Shown here one piece after another: positions 9,494 through 19,463 of a stretch of DNA of 64,000 nucleotides. Each line of letters opens with the position of its first letter. Within the stretch, counting starts at the first letter, position 1. This DNA comes from an uncultured cyanobacterium. Its GTDB lineage: Bacteria; Cyanobacteriota; Cyanobacteriia; CAKZMO01. Below the pieces are notes generated by a model, which saw only the letters and a list, made by a program, of their open reading frames with translations, ran no database searches and was not told where the DNA came from. The translations under genes and the position numbers were made by a program. The stretch is from contig CAVRCJ010000006.1 of the NCBI GenBank assembly GCA_963719515.1, positions 256,001 through 320,000 on the forward strand. Direction: 5' to 3'.

Positions 9494-9921
9494 GCTTCTT
9501 GTGTCCTCTCCGTTGGAGCTAAGCGGCTTGCTGTCAAATACATCGCGCCGGGCGAATTTTCCGCTCAGCAATTCTAATTTCGAAACCAAGCATAGCGTGG
9601 GATAAGCGCCTACCGATCTCGCGGTGGCAAGACAACTCCATATAATTGGACCTGTATATATGAGTAGCTAGACAAAATTACTAAATTGTGCTGAATGACT
9701 CAGCTTAGGCTCGAATGGGTTATCCACGAGGCTGTTCCCGGTCAGATTGTCTGCTCATACAGCCAGTCGCATCCGCCATTTCCACAGATATAGCAAATGT
9801 CCTAATGCATTAGAACATTTGTGCGTTCAGTTGCCTACACAAAGTCAGGCTTGCAGCCGATTTTGGTGTCTTAAGCAACTGAGCCAATGCAATAGTATGC
9901 CACTAAGGAGAGAATAAACCT

Positions 9922-10584
9922 ATGACTCAGCGACTTCGCCGACAGGCATCCCAATTTTGGCAGGTTCTGTCAGGCCCAGAAACGCGCCGTGCCTACGGCT
10001 CTGCAGTGGCGAAGACGGGGGCGATTGTTAGAGAAGGCGGGCTGCTTATTTGGCTCTTGGTTTGTCTGGTACTTGTCGCCTTTGACTCAGGCGTAGCGGC
10101 AGCGATCGCCGCTGGGCGGGCTTCTCGCAGCTTGGTTAGCCGTCTCAGTCACACCCAGCCCGACGCGATCGCGGTCAACACGAAGCAGTCGCTGCTGTCG
10201 GCGGGACAAACGGGTTTAGCCACTACCCTGTCTCAAGCAAGGCAGCAGCTCGGACTACCGCAGAAGCCGGAAGCGACACCTCAAGCGGCAGCGCCTAACG
10301 CAGTACCCGAGGTGACGGCATCTAAGACAACGGCACCTGAGACAGAGGCACCTGAGACAGAGGCACCTGAGACAGAGGCACCTGAGACAGAGGCGGCTGA
10401 GGCGAAAGCACTTGAGGCGAAAGCACTTGAGGCGAAAGCAGTACCCGGGCTAAAGGCAGAGCCTGCTGCGAGCCCTAAAGTTATGGCCAAGCCGGACGCT
10501 GCGGTGGCTTCCGAGGAGGCTTCAAATGAAGTCACGTCCGGTAAGGCTGCGGTAACCGAGGAGACTGAAGCTGCTGCAGAATAG
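9922..10584 (+). CDS. Hypothetical single-TM protein with an Ala/Glu-rich low-complexity tail
   Basis: AAGGAG RBS, ATG, hydrophobic segment, APETE and EAKAL repeats. Confidence 0.7.
   Translation: MTQRLRRQASQFWQVLSGPETRRAYGSAVAKTGAIVREGGLLIWLLVCLVLVAFDSGVAAAIAAGRASRSLVSRLSHTQPDAIAVNTKQSLLSAGQTGLATTLSQARQQLGLPQKPEATPQAAAPNAVPEVTASKTTAPETEAPETEAPETEAPETEAAEAKALEAKALEAKAVPGLKAEPAASPKVMAKPDAAVASEEASNEVTSGKAAVTEETEAAAE
10332..10440 (+). repeat. Intragenic 15 bp tandem repeats
   Basis: GGCACCTGAGACAGA x4, then TGAGGCGAAAGCACT-like x3. Confidence 0.9.
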
Positions 10585-10840
10585 ACCACATCAAAGCCCA
10601 TCCGCGAGTCATCTCCGGGGCTTTGTCGAATCAAGATACAAATTTGTAGCATTAGGCTGAGCCCAAAGCTGGGCGATAGGGACATGGCAATGCTGTGTCC
10701 CTACAGCTCATCCTCTACAACAGACGTTTTATCCGGTAGCAGCATCCTACACCTCAACACCATGCTTCAGCTGCGAGCACCTGCGAAGAGTAGCCAATCA
10801 TTCCATTAAGAAATGAAACAGTTCGCTATCTCGCGATCAA

Positions 10841-11371
10841 CTACTCTAAAATTCTCACCCCTACCACCGACGTATTGAATCGGTAGGTCCGGCCCTCTAG
10901 CTCTATCCCACTTCCAATCTTCACCTTGTTGTTGCCAAATACTACGCTGTCATCCGTGATCTGAGCGTCATCCACCAGGGTAATCAACATATCCACCGTG
11001 AAATCCAGTTCAGGGCGAGGGTCAGGGACAGGCTTGAGGGTGCCATCGGGCTGAGGGGCCGCTACTGAGCGAGGCAGCTCTCTAATCGACTGCACCTCGA
11101 CTCGTCCAAAGGGCTGGTTGCGAATAATAATTTCTGTTTGACCCTCGTCCCGAATACTGTCGACTAGGCCTTGGGGATCGGTAACCGTCAAGCCTCGCAC
11201 CATAACGTCCACCTCGACGGGCTGCGTCGTCGCTCCAATTTGAGCCACCGACCCCGAGTCTCCGGGGACGAAGAAAATGCCCGCGATGGTCAACAAAACC
11301 ACCAGAACGGCCCCCGCATCGAGAATGCCGATACGCCCGAACAGCCGTCCTCTTGAGTCCAGAATTGCCAT
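10841..11371 (-). CDS. DUF4330 family protein
   Basis: MAILDSRGRLFGRIGILD N-terminus, IIIRNQPFG and QPDG motifs typical of this cyanobacterial family. Confidence 0.75.
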   Translation of the reverse strand: MAILDSRGRLFGRIGILDAGAVLVVLLTIAGIFFVPGDSGSVAQIGATTQPVEVDVMVRGLTVTDPQGLVDSIRDEGQTEIIIRNQPFGRVEVQSIRELPRSVAAPQPDGTLKPVPDPRPELDFTVDMLITLVDDAQITDDSVVFGNNKVKIGSGIELEGRTYRFNTSVVGVRILE

Positions 11372-11471
11372 AGGTGTGCTAGGTGTGAGATACGGAAGCC
11401 AACTTACCATGATTAGAGTACAAGACTTTAGGGCGGGTGGCGTTGAGTGAACATCTTATGTCGGACTGCTG

Positions 11472-12758
11472 ATGGTTAGGATAAACGGGTTGAGCTTAGG
11501 CATTGATTTTGGCACTTCAGGGGCGAGGGCTGTTGCTATTGACGTGAGTCAGCAGGTGCAGGCCGAGGCTCGCCGCGACTTTGAAGACTGCGCGGCGGCT
11601 GACTACGCAAGCCAGTGGCGGGCTACCCTGTTTGACCTGCTAGAGCAGCTTCCCAAAAACACCCGCCAGCGAATCACCGCGATCGCCGTCAACGGCACCT
11701 CAGGCACCGTACTGAGATGCGATCGCCGGGGAGAGCCATTGGGAGAGCCTATCCTCTATAACGACAGCCGGGGCCGAGAGGTGCTGGAAGCTATTGATGC
11801 CATTGCTCCCGCCGACCATGTGGTGCGCAGCGCCAGCTCCAGCTTGGCCAAGCTGCTGTGGTGGCACCGTCACGACGCCCCGAGCCTCTCCGGCAGCGCG
11901 CCTGCCTATTTCTTGCACCAGGCCGACTGGCTCAGCTCTTTGCTTCATGGGCAGCTGGGGGTAAGCGACTACCACAACAGCCTTAAGCTGGGGTACGACG
12001 TGGAGGCGCTGGCCTATCCCCAGTGGTTTGATGCGGTGCCGGGAGGGCTAGTGCTGCCCCGCGTTGTGGCCCCCGGCACCGCGATCGCCCCCCTAAGAGA
12101 GACGCTGAGCGATCGCACCGGCATTCCCCGCCGCTGTCAAGTCTGCGCCGGTACCACCGACAGTATTGCCGCTTTTTTGGCCAGCGGCGCAGCGGCATCG
12201 GGGGAAGCAGTGACCTCGCTGGGGTCAACGCTGGTGCTGAAGCTGCTGAGTCCCCACCGCGTTGAGCAGTCCTCTTCCGGCATCTATAGCCATCGGCTGG
12301 GCGATCGCTGGCTGGTAGGTGGGGCGTCTAATAGTGGCGGAGCCGTGTTGGCAAAATATTTTGATGACGAAGCGCTAAAGGCCTTGAGCCAGCAGATTCA
12401 CCCTGAGAGCGATAGCGGCCTCGACTACTACCCGCTGCTGCAGCCGGGAGAGCGCTTTCCTATTAACGATCCCAATTTGCCCCCTCGCCTCATCCCCCAT
12501 CCCCAGGATTCAACAGTGTTTTTACAGGGCCTTCTGGAGGGAATGGCCCGCATTGAAGCGCTGGGCTACAAAAAGCTTCAGGCCATGGGGTCGCCACCTT
12601 TGAAAAAAGTCTACAGCGCTGGCGGCGGCGCTAAAAATGTGGTCTGGCGCTCAATTCGGTCGCGGTATCTAGGCGTGCCGGTGGAAGCGGCGGTCCACAG
12701 TGAAGCTGCTTACGGCACAGCGCGTCTTGCACAGGGCTTGCACAGGGCTTATACCTGA
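11472..12758 (+). CDS. FGGY-family carbohydrate kinase (D-ribulose/xylulose kinase-like)
   Basis: GIDFGTSGAR, GTTDSIAA, SLGSTL, GGASNSGG and AGGGA motifs. Confidence 0.92.
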   Translation: MVRINGLSLGIDFGTSGARAVAIDVSQQVQAEARRDFEDCAAADYASQWRATLFDLLEQLPKNTRQRITAIAVNGTSGTVLRCDRRGEPLGEPILYNDSRGREVLEAIDAIAPADHVVRSASSSLAKLLWWHRHDAPSLSGSAPAYFLHQADWLSSLLHGQLGVSDYHNSLKLGYDVEALAYPQWFDAVPGGLVLPRVVAPGTAIAPLRETLSDRTGIPRRCQVCAGTTDSIAAFLASGAAASGEAVTSLGSTLVLKLLSPHRVEQSSSGIYSHRLGDRWLVGGASNSGGAVLAKYFDDEALKALSQQIHPESDSGLDYYPLLQPGERFPINDPNLPPRLIPHPQDSTVFLQGLLEGMARIEALGYKKLQAMGSPPLKKVYSAGGGAKNVVWRSIRSRYLGVPVEAAVHSEAAYGTARLAQGLHRAYT

Positions 12759-12765
12759 AGTCTAG

Positions 12766-13194
12766 CTAGGGTAGGGAACTGTCTGGATTGCCCCAGGGAA
12801 TCGCATTTTCTGTGGGGGATGATTCCAGGTAAGAGACCGCCCAATACATGCTTAGCGTTGAAGTACCGACAACCATCCAGAGGGCACTAATAACGGCCAT
12901 CTGCCAAAACAGCGCCCGCTCCCGTCGGGTCCGCTGGGGAGTGCGCTTTTCGCGGCCTCCTAACAGAACGAGGTAAATCCCTCGGACGCCGAAGAGAGGC
13001 ATAGAGAGACGAACGTCTAGAGCGTGGCTTCTGGGCATGAAAGTCTCGCAGGCCTTTCTCATGCTCATTTCTTGCTCAGCGGTGAGGTCGGCCCGTGCGG
13101 CGGGGCTCATGCTCGAAATTAGGCGATCGTAAAAAAAGTTGGCGGTGGAGCCGCCCGTGCGGCCATTCTGAGAGGCAGAAGATAACTGTTTCAC
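12766..13194 (-). CDS. Hypothetical membrane protein
   Basis: H.LDVRLS.P...YLVLLGGREKR motif followed by a TM helix; GGAG upstream of GTG. Confidence 0.6.
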   Translation of the reverse strand: MKQLSSASQNGRTGGSTANFFYDRLISSMSPAARADLTAEQEMSMRKACETFMPRSHALDVRLSMPLFGVRGIYLVLLGGREKRTPQRTRRERALFWQMAVISALWMVVGTSTLSMYWAVSYLESSPTENAIPWGNPDSSLP

Positions 13195-13580
13195 AGGGTA
13201 CTCCGTTGACGACTAGGGTCTGATGACTAGGACTAGGTGACTCAGGCGGAAAGCAATCTAAACCTTCCGCAATCTAGCCTGCACCAGAGGATAGAACCCT
13301 CCGTGCTTCTGAGGGACCGTTTGCAGGTCAGCAAACCGAATTTAAGTCAAATCAACTAGAGGGTTTTGGAGCGAGATGGCTAGGGCGCTGCCACAGACCC
13401 TTGAAATAGGCTAAGCCTCTCCTGAGTCGCTTCACGCAAGCTTCTTATGGACTGCTCAGATTAGCGTCAGGAAAAGCTCAGAGAGCCCCGGCACTATAGG
13501 AACTGTAGACGACAGGCAATCACTTCACCCCATCGAGGTCACTGCCTGAGACCAACACTTAATTCTCAAAGAGATTCGAT

Positions 13581-13796
13581 ATGAAACGCATCATCACCGC
13601 TACAGTATCCCTAGTTGCGATCGCTGCTCTTGCTTCTCCCGCTGCCGCCCTCTCGGGCCGCTTTGAGGAAGAGTTCCACGAAGGTTTGGGCAACAAGCTC
13701 TCGGGCCGCTTTGAGGAAGAGTTTCATGAAGGTCTGGGTAATAAACTCTCTGGTCGCTTTGAAGAGGAGTTCCATGAAGGCCTAGGCAACAAGTAA
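13581..13796 (+). CDS. Small secreted protein: signal peptide plus three identical 16 aa repeats (LSGRFEEEFHEGLGNK)
   Basis: Sec-type signal ending in AAA; DNA repeats differ only synonymously; followed by a terminator. Confidence 0.88.
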   Translation: MKRIITATVSLVAIAALASPAAALSGRFEEEFHEGLGNKLSGRFEEEFHEGLGNKLSGRFEEEFHEGLGNK

Positions 13797-13846
13797 TTTC
13801 TTCGTTCAAGCAGCGTTACCGTCACCATACAAATGATTCCGGGTCC

Positions 13847-13880
13847 ATCCAGGGCTTCTACGAAACCCTGGATTTTTGTT
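13847..13880 (+). terminator. Intrinsic terminator
   Basis: ATCCAGGG...CCCTGGAT followed by TTTTGTT. Confidence 0.7.
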
Positions 13881-13905
13881 GATATCAAGGCTTACGCAGG
13901 AGTCC

Positions 13906-14691
13906 CTATAGCGGCCTTTCAAACGTCATCAGGTGCTGACTCGGTAGCTCTTCAGTCGTGCTCACCCAGCGCAGCCCCACGGCCTCTAACTCCCGCCGTA
14001 CCTGCCGCTGGGTCATTTTGTGGTGCCGTTTAATCGGAATCAGCGGATTCTCTCCCCGATACTCCGCCAGTACCACCCGCCCGCCGGGCCGCAGCGCAGT
14101 GGCGATCGCCGTCATCACTTCGTAGGGGTAGGCAAACTCGTGGTAGGCGTCCACTAGCAGCACCAGGTCTATTCCCTCTGGCAGGTGGGGGTCGGTCTCG
14201 CTGGCCAAAACCGTCTCTACGTTAGGGATCTGCCCGTCTTCCTTCAAAAACTCGACGATGTCCAGCATTTCGGGCTGGATGTCTACCGCCAGCACTTTAC
14301 CCTGGGGCACCCGAGGCGCGATGCGAAAGGTGAAGTAGCCCGTCCCTGCGCCGATGTCGGCTACTACCAGATCGTCTTCTAGAGGGAGCGATGAGACTAG
14401 AGTACTGGGTTGCTCCTGCCGCTCGCGGCTAGGTCGCTCTAGCCAGGTTGCCCCGCGATGACCCATCACTTGGGAAATCTCTCGGCCCATGTAGACTTTG
14501 CCGATGCCATCGGAGCTGGGGCGACGGTAGCCGTAGTCGTATTGCTCTGGGGCCGAGGGGCTTTTGGTCAGGGCAGAAGCAGGTAGGGCAGTGAGCAAGA
14601 GGGCGATCGCGATCGTTAAGCTAAGGCTGAGGCGAGTGAGGATTTGGCGTGGCGATCGATTGTTGAAATAGGGAATGGGGTTGATGACCAT
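13906..14691 (-). CDS. Class I SAM-dependent methyltransferase with an N-terminal signal/TM
   Basis: VADIGAGTGYF motif I, VLAVDIQ, LKP-like LRPGGR. Confidence 0.9.
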   Translation of the reverse strand: MVINPIPYFNNRSPRQILTRLSLSLTIAIALLLTALPASALTKSPSAPEQYDYGYRRPSSDGIGKVYMGREISQVMGHRGATWLERPSRERQEQPSTLVSSLPLEDDLVVADIGAGTGYFTFRIAPRVPQGKVLAVDIQPEMLDIVEFLKEDGQIPNVETVLASETDPHLPEGIDLVLLVDAYHEFAYPYEVMTAIATALRPGGRVVLAEYRGENPLIPIKRHHKMTQRQVRRELEAVGLRWVSTTEELPSQHLMTFERPL

Positions 14692-14974
14692 GAATATTGC
14701 TAAAGAACGTCGCTGAAGTCGCTCTCTCAATTATGAAGCGGAGAGAGAATCTGAGCAGGCGAAAGACTAGAGCTTGGAGGGCATGTCGGCAATGTGTTCT
14801 TGTACTGAGCACTTTAAAGCGAAGTGGAGCTCCCCAAAATTTGAGGAACTCCACTTTTTAGTCTTATACGAGGTTTGATGGTTTTCTGTCAAAGAGGCGC
14901 TCGAATCGAGGCTAGAGCCTAGCTAGGGTCACCTAGGGTATTAGCAAGAACTGGCTCGCTGAGCGCAGTTAGGC

Positions 14975-15541
14975 TTAGGCCTCGCTCTCTTGGCCCTCAA
15001 ACTTGCGCTTGCGGAGAGCCGCAACACCCATACCGATAAGGCCGGGGAGAAGCGCCGGGGTGGGAACCCTGTCGACTTCGAAAGTCGCAGAGTATACATT
15101 CCCGGCACCTTGTCTGATAGTGACTTGAGAAAGCTCGCCATTGCCACTACCCGTGTTGTTGCTAGAAGAACCAAAGAATCCGCTGAACACATACACCCTT
15201 CCGCCTAGAGGATTCGCGCCAGCGAAAGAAGCAGAGCGAGCCGTGAAGTCGAAAGCGTCGTCGTCAAAGTCAACTAGGAGCTGGTTTAGGTTTGTTCCCA
15301 TGCTGATATCGTTGACTCGCACAGTCGAGGGGAGAGAAATCCCTGAAAAACCGCCAAACGCATCGATTACGAAAGCCGAGTCGCTACTGAAGTCAATACT
15401 GGTATCTGTAAAAGTGCCACTGCCAGCAATCGAATAGCCGCTGCCGACAGAAAGCGCATTGGCGGCAGACGGGAGAGCCATCACACCGACAGTAGCGGCG
15501 CCGACAGCAGTTAGACCAAGAAAAAGAGATTTGAGTGACAT
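14975..15541 (-). CDS. PTPA-CTERM sorting domain protein 1
   Basis: Signal peptide; C-terminal VPTPALLPGLIGMGVAALRKRK. Confidence 0.9.
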   Translation of the reverse strand: MSLKSLFLGLTAVGAATVGVMALPSAANALSVGSGYSIAGSGTFTDTSIDFSSDSAFVIDAFGGFSGISLPSTVRVNDISMGTNLNQLLVDFDDDAFDFTARSASFAGANPLGGRVYVFSGFFGSSSNNTGSGNGELSQVTIRQGAGNVYSATFEVDRVPTPALLPGLIGMGVAALRKRKFEGQESEA

Positions 15542-15866
15542 TGTTTTCGTCAAGGGTAATGTTGTTCGGAGCTAGGGAGAACCACTTACAACCGGTGATC
15601 AGTTTCAATCTCAGCGCTGTCTTTGCTGATTCAAGGCGCTGTTGCAGGTGGTGAATGTTTGGGCAGATGCGCTATCCAGACGCCAGGAGGAGCAGTCGAC
15701 GTCTATATATTGATAGTAGGCCAACCACCATCTCGTATCAACTCATACTCAGTATCCTTACGCAATTTTAACAGTATCGCGCCTTTTTAAATTCTTTCTG
15801 TAAAGTCTATGGCGTCAAATCCCTGCATTCCAGAGAGTGCTAGGTGCGTACAGCCCAACACGAAAC

Positions 15867-15906
15867 TACTAAGGAGCGCCTTTCAACAAAAGGGCGCTCC
15901 TTAGTA
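15867..15906 (-). terminator. Inverted repeat/terminator after the HpsJ-like gene
   Basis: TACTAAGGAGCGCC...GGCGCTCCTTAGTA. Confidence 0.65.
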
Positions 15907-15963
15907 CAGCATCAAATTATACTTATGACCACACACATCACGACCTAGATGCGTTTGGCAGTA

Positions 15964-16599
15964 CTAGCCTGGCTGCTGCTTCGGTTGACTTCTCCGGCGC
16001 TCGCTGTTCCCTCGAGACGACGACATCCCCGTACGTCCTAAGCCGATGAGCCCTATCCCCACAATGATGAAGTTGCTTGTGGTAGAAACCGTCGTTTTAG
16101 TAAGGGTTGTCTTGGCGTTTTGCTCCAGGGTTTCAGCCTGAGAGTCGATCTGGCGGGTTGCTGTCGCAAAATCTTCTGGAGAGACCTGGTCTAGGATATC
16201 GGGGTCAGACTGGCTCTCTTCAACTCGACTCTGTAGCTCACTGGCCTGCTGCCTGATGTTTGCAAGCGCCTGAGACTTCAGCGATAGACTATCGCGAACG
16301 ACGAGGATGCTGCAGAGCAAAAATAATACCCCGATACCCAAGGAGGCGTAGGCCATCCACTTACGCCAGGATCGATTTGCCCAGAAGCTGTAGAGCAGCA
16401 GAGCTATAGCAAACATGAGAATGATGCTGCGATCGCCCAGCTGCTGCAGCAGGCTAATGCGCCACGCAGAGCCGGACCCTAGCGGGAAGGTGAGGGCAAT
16501 AAGGTCGAAGAGAAAACCAAAAAGACAGGTAAACCCAACAATGCGGCAGATTGCGGGGCCAATTAGCGTATTTGGGGGGGGGCTGGAGATATTAGTCAT
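15964..16599 (-). CDS. HpsJ-like protein, cyanoexosortase C-associated
   Basis: W....LQQLGDR motif, 3 TM segments + coiled coil + TM; sits inside the exosortase/PTPA-CTERM locus. Confidence 0.75.
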   Translation of the reverse strand: MTNISSPPPNTLIGPAICRIVGFTCLFGFLFDLIALTFPLGSGSAWRISLLQQLGDRSIILMFAIALLLYSFWANRSWRKWMAYASLGIGVLFLLCSILVVRDSLSLKSQALANIRQQASELQSRVEESQSDPDILDQVSPEDFATATRQIDSQAETLEQNAKTTLTKTTVSTTSNFIIVGIGLIGLGRTGMSSSRGNSERRRSQPKQQPG

Positions 16600-16721
16600 A
16601 AGATTAAGAGCTTAGAATATTGCAGAGCTGTTCGGGGTGAACAAACCAATTATAGTAACGCGAGAGCAGCCCTTCTTTAAAGCCTGTAAGCCGCTGTGTG
16701 ATGCTTTCTAAAAGAAAGCAA

Positions 16722-16757
16722 GGAGCAGGTGACCGGCCTCGACTAGTCACCTGCTCC
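16722..16757 (-). terminator. Terminator after PTPA-CTERM protein 2
   Basis: GGAGCAGGTGAC...GTCACCTGCTCC stem, T-rich tail on the minus strand. Confidence 0.7.
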
Positions 16758-16774
16758 GGACAGATTGTGTTAAG

Positions 16775-17440
16775 TTATGCGGTCTCTTCTGCGTCTTGCT
16801 CCTTCTTATTGCGCAGTGCGGCAACGGCCATGCCGACTAAGCCGGGCAGTAGAGCAGGAGTCGGGACTTCTCCAACGATCTTGGAGCTCCCTTCACGAGA
16901 GCTACCTTCAGTGCCAACAGACGTCGCTCGAACACCTGCTCGCATCTGCTTATTGAAGATATACAAGTCTAAAGGACCGGCAGAGCTAGCTAGCTCAAAG
17001 CTCAGGCTGCGGATGTCATCATTACCAATACCTGAGCTTCCAATTGAGAATCCAGCGTCGAAGGCAGCTGTCCCCCCCCCATTGAGGTTGTTCCCGCCTC
17101 CAAAATTTTGAACGTTGTTGGTCGCAAAGGTTACGTCTGAAATAGGGGCACTTGCATTAATGATGCTCAGCGTATTTAGAAAAGCTTGATCGTCTCTCTT
17201 CAGGTCGAAAAAGAACCCTCGCAGGTCTGCAATATTACCCGTATTGTCTGAGACAATTCTGACATCAATTTTGAGGTTGTCTCCCAAATCGGTGAAGTCT
17301 AGGGCTACTTCTATGGGATTAGAACCAAAGTTGTTACCTCCCGAAAGATTGACAGAGAACGCTTGGGCCGGGGCATTGAGCGCACCTGTGCCCAGAACTG
17401 CCGCTGCAGCAATACCAGCAGAAATGAGTGCCTTTTTCAT
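16775..17440 (-). CDS. PTPA-CTERM sorting domain protein 2
   Basis: MKKALISAG signal peptide; VPTPALLPGLVGMAVAALRNKK; paralog of 18514-19182. Confidence 0.9.
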   Translation of the reverse strand: MKKALISAGIAAAAVLGTGALNAPAQAFSVNLSGGNNFGSNPIEVALDFTDLGDNLKIDVRIVSDNTGNIADLRGFFFDLKRDDQAFLNTLSIINASAPISDVTFATNNVQNFGGGNNLNGGGTAAFDAGFSIGSSGIGNDDIRSLSFELASSAGPLDLYIFNKQMRAGVRATSVGTEGSSREGSSKIVGEVPTPALLPGLVGMAVAALRNKKEQDAEETA

Positions 17441-18456
17441 TGATTGAAATAAGTCCTTTTGAAGTATGTGTGGTTTTTGTTGTTGCCCAAGGTCTCTCCC
17501 GAAAATCAGGCTGCGCTCAGTCGAAGTTGTGTCAAAAAACTGTGGTGAGCAGCGTATGTGTCTGTGCAACCTGCTTCTGTACAAGCATATAAAACTTCAG
17601 CGCAAAGTTGTTCACTCTAGAGACAGTCTTTCTGAAACAACATAGAAGAGGAAGAAGTACTTTACATAAAGCATCTTTTTATAGAAGAAATAAAGCTATT
17701 TAATAGCTTTATAAAAGCCTGTTTTACTACGACCAAAAAACATCCAGCGCAGTTCTCATCTGCAAAAAGAAGTAGATTTTTTGCAAAATAGTCTGAGCTA
17801 AGCGCTAGCTTCTATTTTCTCTTTCAAATCAGTATCCGGAAAAGTTTTGCTTTTCCGGATTCTTTTCAGGCCTATGTAAGATTGATATGAAGCTGTCTAG
17901 ATAGCATTCACTATTGCCGCCCATTTTCTTGGCGGACGGCTTCATAATGCACATGCAGAACCAGGTGCGATCGCCTTAGCCATCTCATCCCTCGTCATGC
18001 TGCCGGGCTCCGCTTTCCGTACGCTTGCGAGGGAACTACAGGCTACTGAAGGACGTCTATTCAAGTAGACTACGATAGATGCCATCGTTATAGAGCGCGG
18101 TCTAGAAGCTCTCTTAGCCTCTTTTAGGCAGATGTTCTCAATTGGCCCGTCTAGGCGTAGCCTGTGCCCTCTTTACCGGCGGATAGGCTGTAAGCGCAGC
18201 TGGCCGCTTGATCCTATTTGTCCGTCAGCTTAGAAGTACTGACGATAGGCTTCCCCTCAAAAATTAGAGGGGTCAAGGGGTCTTCTCCGAAGCACAAGGG
18301 AGTCTTTGAGCAGCAAAACACCGAATATCGCAAGATACGAATTTCGTGAGTGGGGCCGGAGGTTGGAGCTAAAGGGGTGAAGAGTCCTGTAGTCCTATGT
18401 CAGCCGTACAATCTCGGTACGTACAGGCTTGGTAAGAGTAGCCCTGTATAAAACGC

Positions 18457-18497
18457 AAAAAAGTGGGGGGGCTGACTCAGGTCAGCCCCCCCACTTT
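18457..18497 (-). terminator. Intrinsic terminator after PTPA-CTERM protein 3
   Basis: 17 bp stem AAAGTGGGGGGGCTGAC/GTCAGCCCCCCCACTTT with a poly-T tail on the minus strand. Confidence 0.8.
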
Positions 18498-18513
18498 ACA
18501 CAAGAGATAGAAG

Positions 18514-19182
18514 CTATGCTGTTTCTTCTACGTCTTCCTCTTTCTTATTGCGCAGCGCGGCGATTGCCATGCCCACTAGCCCCGGAAGCAGGGCAGGAGT
18601 CGGCACCTCTCCAACAAGCTTGGCGCTGCCTTCACGACTGGTGCCCTCTGGACCTACAGACTGAGCCCGAACCCCCGCCCTTGTACTTTTGTTGAACAAG
18701 CCTAAATTCAGAGCACCGGAGGAGCTAGCCAACTCAAACGTTATGCTACGGATATCATCGCCGCCTCCGATACCTTGTTGACCGATGGAAAATCCGGCAT
18801 CAAACTTCTTCGATGTTCGACCATTTAAATTGTTGTCCTGTCCGAGATTAATGACGTTGTCCTTTTTAAAGGTCACGTTCGAGATGGACTGACTAGCATT
18901 CACAATGCTCAGCGAATCTAAGAAAGCTTGGTCATCCTGGATGATGTCGAAGAAAAAACCTCGCAGATCCCCGATATTTCCTGTGGTGTCTTCTGGTAGA
19001 AGGCTAACGACAAACCGCAGGTTATCCCCTAAATCAGCTAAGCCTATGCTTGCTTTTATATTTTCGTCAGCAGTATCGCCACCCCCGGAAAGAACAACGC
19101 TAAACGCCTGAGCTGGTGCGTTGATTGTTCCAACGCCTAGGATTGCCGCAGCAACACCAGCAGAAACAAGTAAGTTTTTCAT
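18514..19182 (-). CDS. PTPA-CTERM sorting domain protein 3
   Basis: Signal peptide; VPTPALLPGLVGMAIAALRNKK; shares DLRGFFFD, FDAGFSIG and DDIRS with protein 2. Confidence 0.9.
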   Translation of the reverse strand: MKNLLVSAGVAAAILGVGTINAPAQAFSVVLSGGGDTADENIKASIGLADLGDNLRFVVSLLPEDTTGNIGDLRGFFFDIIQDDQAFLDSLSIVNASQSISNVTFKKDNVINLGQDNNLNGRTSKKFDAGFSIGQQGIGGGDDIRSITFELASSSGALNLGLFNKSTRAGVRAQSVGPEGTSREGSAKLVGEVPTPALLPGLVGMAIAALRNKKEEDVEETA

Positions 19183-19463
19183 AGATATGGGAGTAAGTTC
19201 CTATTTGTAGATGTTACTAAGGTTTGTTTGAGTGTTGCTTTGCTCTCTAATAAGAGTGAGGTTTTCCGCAGCAGGGTCTACTTGCGCCATACAAAAGCCC
19301 CAGCTGCACCTCACGACCGAACTTCATAAGTGATTATACTGTACTCTCCTCAGAGGATACTCATCTAAGCGCCGAGCTTCATCAAAGCTATATACAAAAA
19401 AAGAGGCCGCTTTATATCTGCTACAGGGGGCGCTGCTCCGCTACCCTGCAGCCTTTACCAAAA

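Noticed and set aside
13650..13793. Possible CRISPR array (48 bp periodicity)
   Set aside because: No unique spacers and no cas genes; variation is purely synonymous within an ORF.
16775..17584. Long N-terminal extensions in the ORF track (also 43956 for dps, 9589 for GH19, 52330 for CDF, 22793 for SLH)
   Set aside because: Downstream ATGs give better RBS, signal-peptide or family-typical starts.
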